Positions 1 to 7,633 of a stretch of 64,000 nucleotides of DNA are shown one piece after another. The notes beneath the pieces were generated by a model. That model had not been told where the DNA came from and made no database searches. It saw only the letters and a list, made by a program, of their open reading frames with translations. Numbering within the stretch: the first letter of the stretch is position 1; the number at the start of each line of letters is the position of its first letter. Position numbers and translations under genes: made by a program. This DNA comes from a virus (Duplodnaviria; Heunggongvirae; Uroviricota; Caudoviricetes), in the IMG/VR virus record IMGVR_UViG_3300038345_000251, positions 160,001-224,000 of that record; one strand, written 5' to 3'.

Positions 1-360
1 AAATGTATAGATGAACGTATTGCCGAAAAGAAAAAACCTTTGAAATGGCATGAAAATATAGTAAATGGTGTTTCTAATGGTAATTATGATGGCGATTTCT
101 ATGAAATTAATACAAAAATAATTGATTTAAAACATCCTTTGTTAACAGATGAAGCAATAGAGGAAATAGAATCAATGATGTATGCACCACAGGACCCTGA
201 TGGAAGGTCATTTAACAATTTATATCAATATATTATTGATGATGGTATTGATGAATTAAAATCTGAGACAAAATTTGCAAGTTTTTTTGAACAGTTCAAA
301 ATTCTAGCAAATAAAGAAATAAATAGATATAAGAATTTTGTGGAGAATGGAAAAAATTAA
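1..360 (+). CDS. C-terminal part of a probable 5'-3' exonuclease / T4 RNase H-like flap nuclease (truncated at window start)
   Basis: Frame is open from base 1 (KCIDERIAEKKKPLKW...). YEINTKIIDLKHPLL resembles the N..L.DL C-terminal motif of 5'-3' exonucleases; lies near the helicase. Confidence 0.5.
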   Translation, partial: KCIDERIAEKKKPLKWHENIVNGVSNGNYDGDFYEINTKIIDLKHPLLTDEAIEEIESMMYAPQDPDGRSFNNLYQYIIDDGIDELKSETKFASFFEQFKILANKEINRYKNFVENGKN

Positions 361-1231
361 AACAGTAATAAAAATCAATGAAGAACAATTAGGTAAAATT
401 GTTAAAAAGGTTGTTAATGAGATATTGTTTAATACTTTACCTAAACATGACCCAAGCGGAAATATATATTCGGCTATGTTAGAATCTAAACCATATTTAT
501 TAAAGGAAGGGTTAATACAGTCTTATCCAATAGATAGAGTTGTATCTGCTTTAAAATCTTTATTTAATTTATATGACGGAAATAATAAAGAAGAACAGAA
601 TAAATTGCTTTATTTTTTAGACAAAGGTGAAAAATATAATGATTTTAATGGTATAATTTTTTTAAACGAATATAGTCAAAATGATACACAAAGAATTGAA
701 ATTAAAGTTAATAAAAATGACTTTAATCAAGAGGATTTTGATAGATATTTACTAAAATATGGGTGGTATTGTGGAATATCTGAAAGAGTATACGGCTATG
801 ATAACATTATTAGATTTATATATGAGAAAAAATTTGATATAGATGTTACAGAACTTGTAAAAGAAAAAAGATTTATTTATCATATTTGTCCTAATATTTA
901 TTTAAATAAAATAAATAGAGTTGGTTTAAAACCTAAATATTCATCATGGAATCAGTTTAAAAATCCAGAAAGGGTATATTTTTTCTTGGAAAAAATATCA
1001 CATGAAAAGTTTTGTGCTTGGGCATATAATTTTCATTGGGAAAAAAATATGGAAAGACGAGAATTAAATGATGGTTGGTCGTTATTGAAAATAGACACAA
1101 TGAATTTAACGAACAATCCAAGTTTTTATTTTGATGCAAGAATGAGAAATGGTATATATACAATGGATTCAATTTCTCCTGAAAATATAGAAATAATTGA
1201 TTTTATTGATGTTAATGATTTAATTAATTAA
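347..1231 (+). CDS. Protein with C-terminal ADP-ribosyltransferase/Tpt1-like NAD-binding domain; putative head-packaged protein
   Basis: IYHICPNIYLNKINRVGLKPK ... RVYFF ... LLKIDT ... IYTMDSISPENI fits the ART/Tpt1-fold pattern (YH.T....I...GL.P, R.Y, I.P..I). N-terminal helix KINEEQLGKIVKKVVNEIL. ATG at 347 preferred over TTG at 338. Confidence 0.55.
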   Translation: MEKIKTVIKINEEQLGKIVKKVVNEILFNTLPKHDPSGNIYSAMLESKPYLLKEGLIQSYPIDRVVSALKSLFNLYDGNNKEEQNKLLYFLDKGEKYNDFNGIIFLNEYSQNDTQRIEIKVNKNDFNQEDFDRYLLKYGWYCGISERVYGYDNIIRFIYEKKFDIDVTELVKEKRFIYHICPNIYLNKINRVGLKPKYSSWNQFKNPERVYFFLEKISHEKFCAWAYNFHWEKNMERRELNDGWSLLKIDTMNLTNNPSFYFDARMRNGIYTMDSISPENIEIIDFIDVNDLIN

Positions 1232-1279
1232 AATAAAACTACAATTTTATGATTTGCGAGCAGGAAAATCCAGATAATT

Positions 1280-1311
1280 GTTGTTTCTTAAAAAAAAATG
1301 TTGTATATTTG
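1280..1311 (+). promoter_or_regulatory. Bacteroidota sigma-A-type promoter (GTTG-N20-TATATTTG)
   Basis: TATATTTG at 1304-1311 matches the TAnnTTTG -7 box; near-consensus -33 box 20 nt upstream; 36 nt before the ATG at 1348. Confidence 0.7.
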
Positions 1312-1347
1312 TACAGAATTTATGTTTAACTTTAAATATTAATTAAA

Positions 1348-2163
1348 ATGGTAGAAAATAGAAAACAATTTGTAAGAGATTACAAAGAAAGATTTGAATT
1401 TAAACTTACTATTGGCGATAATATTATTTGCCAACGTTATTTCAAAATTAATAATTTTAATGAACAAAGTATTCGTTCATTTGAATTGGTTGACACAATC
1501 AGAAATGTTGTCAAAACAATTGATGATGAGTTGAAGTCTAAAACTCTTGATTATCTTGAAATCTTTTCACCAATGTATTTTAATAGCCTTGAAGAAATGG
1601 CTAAGTATTTTGAAAATCCTTATAACCGTAAAAGAATGAGACTTGGTGAAGGTATTGTTGTAAAGGGTGAAAAGGTTGATTATTTTTGGTCAGATAAAGA
1701 TGAGCCTAGAGCACTTAACTTTAAGTTTGATGATGGTGAACTTTGTAATAGTCTTTCTGAAGATGATAGTGTAACATATAAATTTGCTTTCTTAGTTGAT
1801 GAGAAAGAAGTTTGTTCTGCTTGTTGGGAAGGTGTTTATCCTAAATTTATCCGTAACGCTATCGACCTTTCCAATAAGAAAGGTAAAATTGAATATGAAG
1901 ATTTATCAAGACTTGGTTTTGAAGAATATCTTAATTATCGTATTTGTGTAAATAGAAGTGACCTTGTTTATACAATAATTAAAGATATTTGTTCAGTTTG
2001 TTGCTTACAGGGTAATAATTGTTATACTCTTACAAGTACTTATGATGATACTGTTTATAAAAATTATCTTTCTCATAATGACATCTGTAAAATTTATAAG
2101 TTGTCTTGGGATGGAATGATAAGATATAGAAGTAAAAAAGAAATAGAAACGTTTGGTAGTTAA
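1348..2163 (+). CDS. Hypothetical phage protein
   Basis: 271-aa ORF with its own promoter, ending 5 nt before the helicase start; no recognised motif. Confidence 0.75.
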   Translation: MVENRKQFVRDYKERFEFKLTIGDNIICQRYFKINNFNEQSIRSFELVDTIRNVVKTIDDELKSKTLDYLEIFSPMYFNSLEEMAKYFENPYNRKRMRLGEGIVVKGEKVDYFWSDKDEPRALNFKFDDGELCNSLSEDDSVTYKFAFLVDEKEVCSACWEGVYPKFIRNAIDLSNKKGKIEYEDLSRLGFEEYLNYRICVNRSDLVYTIIKDICSVCCLQGNNCYTLTSTYDDTVYKNYLSHNDICKIYKLSWDGMIRYRSKKEIETFGS

Positions 2164-2168
2164 AAATT

Positions 2169-4676
2169 ATGGGAAAAGCAATAGACAAAAGTACTTTAGG
2201 TTATCTTGGTATTGATTTTCAATATAAACTTGTTAAGTTCTTTGTCGAAGACCATAATTTTTTTGAAGAAATTTCTGATATTGTTGACCAAAACGCATTT
2301 ACAGAGCAAATTTTAAGAGTTTTTGTAGGTACACTTAAAGATTTACAAAAGTCTGAAAATTTAGTTCCTTCTTATTCTACAATTGAAATTGCATTAAGAA
2401 GCAAAGCAAAAGAAGAATATGAAGTTAAAGAATATGAAGAGTTAATTGATAAACTGAAAAAAACTTCTTATGAAGGTGCTACTCTTGTAAAAGAAAATGC
2501 TTTAAAATTCTTTAAGCAACAACGATTAATCAGTGCAGCAAATAAAATCCTTGAAAAAGTTGGTAAGGGTGACATTGAACAATATGATGAGTGCTTGAAA
2601 ATCATTGAAAATGCACTTGCAGCAGGTAATGCTGAAGACTTTGGTAGTTCAATCTATGATTTGGAAGAAAAAGCCTTGTCACCTGACTATACGGTTTCTG
2701 TTTCTACAGGTATTAAAGGTTTGGACGATGCACTTGGCGGTGGACTTGATAAGGGTAAATTTGGATTAATTATTGGTCCATTAGGCTTTGGCAAAGCACT
2801 TGCTGATGATGAGAATGTTGTAACACCTGATGGTTATAAACAAATTAAAGAAATCAAAGTCGGTGACTATGTAATTGGTAGTAATGGTAAGCCATGCATG
2901 GTGTTAGGTGTTTATCCACAGGGTGAAAGGGACATTTATAAGGTAACTTTTTCAGATAAAACAAGTTGTAGATGTGATAAGGAACATTTATGGAATGTGA
3001 ATTCTTTGAAACAAAGATGGCATAAGACAAGAATATACGGAAAACGAGTGAGAACACCTGACTTTTCATTTAAAACAATGACTTTAAATGATATTGTTAA
3101 TGATGGTTTGGTCAAAAATAATGTACGAAATTTTAGAATACCTGTTACTAAACCAGTTGAATTTGAAGAAAAAGAATTGTTAATAAATCCTTATTTAATG
3201 GGGTATTTTATTGGTGATGGAACATTTAGTAGGAATGTTATTACATGTGGTAAACAGGACATTGAATCTTGTATAGAAGAATTAGAAAAATGTGGTGAAG
3301 AGTTTACAGTAAGTTATTATCCTAATAAAAATGTATATTCTTTAAATTTCAAGAAAAGTTTAAAAGATAAAATTAAATTTTATTTCTTTAATAATGAAAC
3401 GGCTGAAGAAAAATACATACCAGCAGTGTTTAAATATAATACAATTAAAAACAGGGTTGCATTGTTGAATGGATTAATGGATTCTGATGGTACATCACAA
3501 AAAAATGGTACATCGTGTTTCAATACTAAATCTAAACAACTTGCATTAGATGTGAGAGAAATTGTTTTATCATTAGGTGGTTTTGCAACTATTCATGAAA
3601 AGAAAACTGGATATTTTAGTAAAAAATATAATAAGTTTATTGATTGTGGTATACAATATGAGTGTACTATCACATTAACAGATTCAAGTTTACCAATTTT
3701 TAGATTTAAAAGAAAACAGGACAGAGTAAAATATCGTGTTAAATATAAGGATTCTAAATATATTGATAATGTTGAATTTGTTGGTAGGCAAAAAGCAATT
3801 TGTATTAAAGTTGATGCAGAAGATGAATTGTTTTTAACAAACGATTACATTGTGACACATAATACTTCTTTATCAACAGCTATTGCATCAGCAGCAGCAA
3901 CGACAAAATGTGAACAAAATAATAACCAAGGTTGGAAAGTCGTTCAAATTTATTTCGAAGATGATGATGTTGATATAACACGAAAACATTTTTCAAGACT
4001 TGTTGATAAAGAAGCACGTGATTTTAAACGTCTTGATAGTGAAAAACGAAAAGAAATTCTTAATGCTCTTGAAAATCACCCTAATAGGGAACTTCTTAGA
4101 CAAAATTTAAGACTTAAAAGTTTTAGAACAGGTGAAAAAACAGCAACTGATATTAAAAATTGGTTAGTAAAACTTACCAATAAAGGTTTTAAACCAGACC
4201 TTGTAATTATTGACTATTTTGAATGTCTTGCGCCTGAACGTGATGATAAATCTAAAGATAAATGGGAACAGGAAGGTGTTACGGCACGTAAAATAGAAGG
4301 AATGGCAAAAGAACTTGATATTGCTGTCTGGGTTCCTACACAGGGTAGTCGTGAAAGTATTGAATCTGAAATTGTTACGGTTGATAAAGGCGGTGGTTCA
4401 ATTAAAAAGTCACAGGTTGCACAAGTTATTATTTCAATTGCAAGAACATTGGAAGATAGGGAAAATAATAGAGCAACATTGGCTTTATTAAAGAATCGTT
4501 CAGGTCTTGGTACTAAGATTTTCAGAAACATTGTGTTTGATAATGGTAGGTGTATTATTATCTGTGATGATGTGGAAGAATTGGATAGTGTTAAGAAGTG
4601 GACAGAGGAAGAAAAGAAGATTGCAGACCGCAATGAAGAAGAGTTAAGATTATCGGTTTTTCATCAAAAAATGTAA
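2169..4676 (+). CDS. dnaB: DnaB/gp41-like replicative helicase containing an intein
   Basis: STGIKGLDDALGGG; Walker A GPLGFGK|T split by the intein; Walker B LVIIDY; TQ motif (VWVPTQ); LLKNRSG arginine finger. Confidence 0.92.
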   Translation: MGKAIDKSTLGYLGIDFQYKLVKFFVEDHNFFEEISDIVDQNAFTEQILRVFVGTLKDLQKSENLVPSYSTIEIALRSKAKEEYEVKEYEELIDKLKKTSYEGATLVKENALKFFKQQRLISAANKILEKVGKGDIEQYDECLKIIENALAAGNAEDFGSSIYDLEEKALSPDYTVSVSTGIKGLDDALGGGLDKGKFGLIIGPLGFGKALADDENVVTPDGYKQIKEIKVGDYVIGSNGKPCMVLGVYPQGERDIYKVTFSDKTSCRCDKEHLWNVNSLKQRWHKTRIYGKRVRTPDFSFKTMTLNDIVNDGLVKNNVRNFRIPVTKPVEFEEKELLINPYLMGYFIGDGTFSRNVITCGKQDIESCIEELEKCGEEFTVSYYPNKNVYSLNFKKSLKDKIKFYFFNNETAEEKYIPAVFKYNTIKNRVALLNGLMDSDGTSQKNGTSCFNTKSKQLALDVREIVLSLGGFATIHEKKTGYFSKKYNKFIDCGIQYECTITLTDSSLPIFRFKRKQDRVKYRVKYKDSKYIDNVEFVGRQKAICIKVDAEDELFLTNDYIVTHNTSLSTAIASAAATTKCEQNNNQGWKVVQIYFEDDDVDITRKHFSRLVDKEARDFKRLDSEKRKEILNALENHPNRELLRQNLRLKSFRTGEKTATDIKNWLVKLTNKGFKPDLVIIDYFECLAPERDDKSKDKWEQEGVTARKIEGMAKELDIAVWVPTQGSRESIESEIVTVDKGGGSIKKSQVAQVIISIARTLEDRENNRATLALLKNRSGLGTKIFRNIVFDNGRCIIICDDVEELDSVKKWTEEEKKIADRNEEELRLSVFHQKM
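2796..3863 (+). mobile_element. Class 3 intein (356 aa) with LAGLIDADG homing endonuclease, inserted in the helicase Walker A
   Basis: Begins ALADDENVVTPDG and ends IVTHN|T. Block B EHLW, block F AICIKV and block G THN give the WCT signature. LAGLIDADG motifs YLMGYFIGDG and LLNGLMDSDG. Confidence 0.92.
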
Positions 4677-4713
4677 AAATAAGATAGTAAGGTAGTTATG
4701 GTAAACTAGGTAA

Positions 4714-4769
4714 AAATAGTAAGAAATTGTTTCCGATTTCGCAAAATAAGAGGCGATTTCTTACTATTT
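4714..4769 (+). promoter_or_regulatory. 20-bp G·U-containing hairpin upstream of nrdD, overlapping a late-type motif
   Basis: aaatagtaagaaattgtttc (4714-4733) pairs with gaggcgatttcttactattt (4750-4769). TACTATTTAT at 4762-4771. Confidence 0.55.
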
Positions 4770-4794
4770 ATTTTATACTAAAGAGAGAATAAAT

Positions 4795-6975
4795 ATGGAT
4801 GTAAGAAAAAGTAATGGCTCTTATGAAGAGTTTAGTAGAGAAAAAGCAAAGAAAAGTATCTGTGAGGCATACAATTCAATAGGAGAAGAATGTAATGATA
4901 CAATTCTTGAAGCAATTGTAAATGGATTATATGTTTATGAAAAAATTTCAACAATGGAAATTGATAGACAAATAGTTGAGGCTTTAATGTCTATTAATAA
5001 AAAAGTTGCAAAGAGTTTCGTAGAAAATGGTACAAATAGAAAAATCTTAAAAAAGAATGATGACTTTGTTAAAAATTACATTAGTGCATCAAATGCTGCC
5101 ACTGGTTCAAAGTATGATTCAAATGCAAATGTTTCCAATAAAAACATTGTTACATTAGGGCAAGAAATACATAAAGGTGAAAATATACAACAGAATAGGT
5201 ATATTATGCACAATAAAATTAAATCGTTGTATAGTAAGAAACTTGCTGACCAATATATATATGATTTGGAACATCATATTATTTACCGTCATGATGAATC
5301 AGGAACACCTGGTTTCCCCTATTGTGTAGCAATCACAATGTACCCATTTTTAGTTGATGGTTTGAAAAAACTTGGTGGTGTATCAGTTGCACCTACTGAT
5401 TTAAAATCGTATTGTGGTGAGTTTATTAACCTTGTCTATTCAATATCTTCTCAGTTTATGGGTGCAGTTGCAACGCCTGAGTTTTTGCTTTGTATGGATT
5501 GGTTTATAAGAAAAGATTATGGTGATAACTATCTTGAAAGGTTAAACGAGGTTGTTGAAAATACAACAAAACAAAGAACACTTGACCAAGTAATTGAAAA
5601 TTGTTTTCAACAAGTAGTTCATTCTATGAATATGCCAGCAGGTAATCGTGGTTATCAAACAGTATTCTGGAATGTTTCTTATTTTGATAAGTATTATTTT
5701 GAAGGTGTTTTTGGCGATTTTGTTTTTCCTGATGGAACAAAACCAATTTGGGAAACATTGTCTTGGTTACAGAAAAGATTTATGAACTTTTTCTTAAAAG
5801 AAAGAAGTAAATATGTTTTAACTTTTCCTGTTGAAACAATGGCACTTTTAACAGATGGAAACGATGATTTTCTTGATAAAGAATATGCAGATTTTACTGC
5901 TGAAATGTGGTCTAAAGGACATAGTTTTTTCTGTTATTTAAGTGATAGCCCAGATAGTTTAAGTAGTTGTTGTCGTTTGAGAAATTCTTTGAAGTCAAAT
6001 GAAGATGATGAATTTAATCATACAACACATCAATTTTCAATGGGAACAGCGTCCGTTGCTACAGGTTCAAAATGTGTTATGACAATTGATTTAAACAGAG
6101 CAATACAAGATGCTGCGATTAAATACTATGAAGATAATAATATATCTTATGTTAAAGGTGAAAAATTAAAAGATGGTGTTGATAAAGAAGAAGTTCATAA
6201 ATATATTAAGAATTATATAACTGAACTAACAGAAAGGGTACATAAATATTTAACATCTTTTAATGCCATTATTAAAGATTTTTATGATGCTAATATGTTA
6301 CCTGTTTATACTGCTGGGTTTATTGATATGAGAAAACAATATTTAACGGTTGGTGTTAATGGTTTAACAGATGCAGCAGAATTTATGGGGTTAGAAATAA
6401 CACCAAACGAAGAGTATGAAGAGTTCGCTAATTTAATTCTTGAAACAATTAATGTTTGCAATAGAAAAGATAAAACAAGAGATTGTATGTATAATACAGA
6501 GTTTATTCCTGGTGAAAATGTTTCTTATAAACATTATGAGTGGGATAAAAAAGACGGTTATTTTGTTTCTAACAAACATATGATGTACAGTTCTTATTTT
6601 TATAATCCAGAAGATGAAAACGTTAGTATACTTGATAAATTTACTTTACATGGAAGAAGATTTTCTTCGAAATGCGATGGTGGTATGGCATTACATCAAA
6701 ATTTAAAAGAATTTTTAACACAAGAACAATATAGAAAACTTTTAAAGTTTGCTGCTAAGAATGGAACATCATATTTTACATTTAATGTAATGGGAACTGT
6801 TTGTGAAGAAGAAGATTGTGGGTATATAGATGTTCATACGTTAGATAAATGTCCGAAATGTGGGAGCACAAATGTAAGCCATTTAACAAGAATTATTGGA
6901 TATTTGAAAAAAATAAAAGATTTTAGTGAACCGAGACAAATAGAAGCAAATAAAAGAATTTATAATGAATTATAA
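4795..6975 (+). CDS. nrdD: Anaerobic (class III) ribonucleoside-triphosphate reductase with N-terminal ATP cone
   Basis: N-terminal VRKSNGSYEEF ATP cone; LSSCCRL active-site cysteines; C-terminal zinc cysteines (C...C, CPKC) and RIIGYL glycyl-radical loop. Confidence 0.95.
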   Translation: MDVRKSNGSYEEFSREKAKKSICEAYNSIGEECNDTILEAIVNGLYVYEKISTMEIDRQIVEALMSINKKVAKSFVENGTNRKILKKNDDFVKNYISASNAATGSKYDSNANVSNKNIVTLGQEIHKGENIQQNRYIMHNKIKSLYSKKLADQYIYDLEHHIIYRHDESGTPGFPYCVAITMYPFLVDGLKKLGGVSVAPTDLKSYCGEFINLVYSISSQFMGAVATPEFLLCMDWFIRKDYGDNYLERLNEVVENTTKQRTLDQVIENCFQQVVHSMNMPAGNRGYQTVFWNVSYFDKYYFEGVFGDFVFPDGTKPIWETLSWLQKRFMNFFLKERSKYVLTFPVETMALLTDGNDDFLDKEYADFTAEMWSKGHSFFCYLSDSPDSLSSCCRLRNSLKSNEDDEFNHTTHQFSMGTASVATGSKCVMTIDLNRAIQDAAIKYYEDNNISYVKGEKLKDGVDKEEVHKYIKNYITELTERVHKYLTSFNAIIKDFYDANMLPVYTAGFIDMRKQYLTVGVNGLTDAAEFMGLEITPNEEYEEFANLILETINVCNRKDKTRDCMYNTEFIPGENVSYKHYEWDKKDGYFVSNKHMMYSSYFYNPEDENVSILDKFTLHGRRFSSKCDGGMALHQNLKEFLTQEQYRKLLKFAAKNGTSYFTFNVMGTVCEEEDCGYIDVHTLDKCPKCGSTNVSHLTRIIGYLKKIKDFSEPRQIEANKRIYNEL

Positions 6976-6976
6976 A

Positions 6977-7005
6977 AAATGGGGATAGTTGTTATCCCCA
7001 TTTTG
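6977..7005 (+). terminator. Intrinsic terminator after nrdD
   Basis: aaaatggggata-gttgt-tatccccatttt hairpin followed by a T-rich tract. Confidence 0.85.
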
Positions 7006-7032
7006 CTTTTTCTTGATTTTTTTGTATCTTTG
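7002..7032 (+). promoter_or_regulatory. Bacteroidota sigma-A promoter TTTG-N19-TATCTTTG
   Basis: Exact consensus: TTTG 7002-7005 and TATCTTTG 7025-7032, upstream of nrdG. Confidence 0.8.
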
Positions 7033-7078
7033 TATAAAGTGTGATTTTATATAAAAGAAAGAATAAAAGAGGCGTAAT

Positions 7079-7582
7079 ATGGTTAAATATGTAAAAGAAG
7101 ACACTCAGGTAACGTTTGCTGAAATACCTGATGAAATTGTATTAGCAATTAATATAAGTAATTGTCCTCATCACTGTAAGGGATGTCACAGTCAGTACCT
7201 TCAAACAGATATTGGTGATGAATTAACATTTGAAGTATTAGATGAATTAATTAAGAAAAATGAAGGAATTACTTGTGTTTCGTTTATGGGAGAAGGTAAT
7301 GACTTAAATGGGATATTCTTATTAGGTATGTATATTAAGAATGAATATCCTGATTTAAAAGTTGCATTATACACAGGGTTAGAAGATATTCCTCAAAGGT
7401 TTGTTGAGTACTTTGATTATCTTAAACTTGGACCATATATTGAAGAATTTGGCCCATTAGACAAAGAGACAACTAATCAAAAAATGTTTAAGAAAGAAGA
7501 AAATAGTATGGCACTTATTGGTTATAAGTGGCAAAGCGGTTGGTGTGATATAACAAATAAGTTCTGGAACAAAGTACTTTAG
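7079..7582 (+). CDS. nrdG: Anaerobic RNR activating radical SAM enzyme
   Basis: CPHHCKGC (CxxxCxxC), FMGEG, LYTG, KLGPYIEE..TNQ motifs; adjacent to nrdD. Confidence 0.93.
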   Translation: MVKYVKEDTQVTFAEIPDEIVLAINISNCPHHCKGCHSQYLQTDIGDELTFEVLDELIKKNEGITCVSFMGEGNDLNGIFLLGMYIKNEYPDLKVALYTGLEDIPQRFVEYFDYLKLGPYIEEFGPLDKETTNQKMFKKEENSMALIGYKWQSGWCDITNKFWNKVL

Positions 7583-7633
7583 TAGGTATTTTGGGAGATT
7601 TTATTATATTTATAGTAAAAATAAAACTTGTGT

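Noticed and set aside
4677-4794. NrdR box upstream of nrdD
   Set aside because: No match to the acaCwAtATaTwGtg palindrome was seen.
7580-7585. TAG TAG at the end of nrdG, raising possible TAG-to-Gln recoding as in Lak or some crAss phages
   Set aside because: ORFs of 2000-2600 codons are open under the standard code, genes tile densely without TAG fragmentation, and NrdG is full length at this stop.
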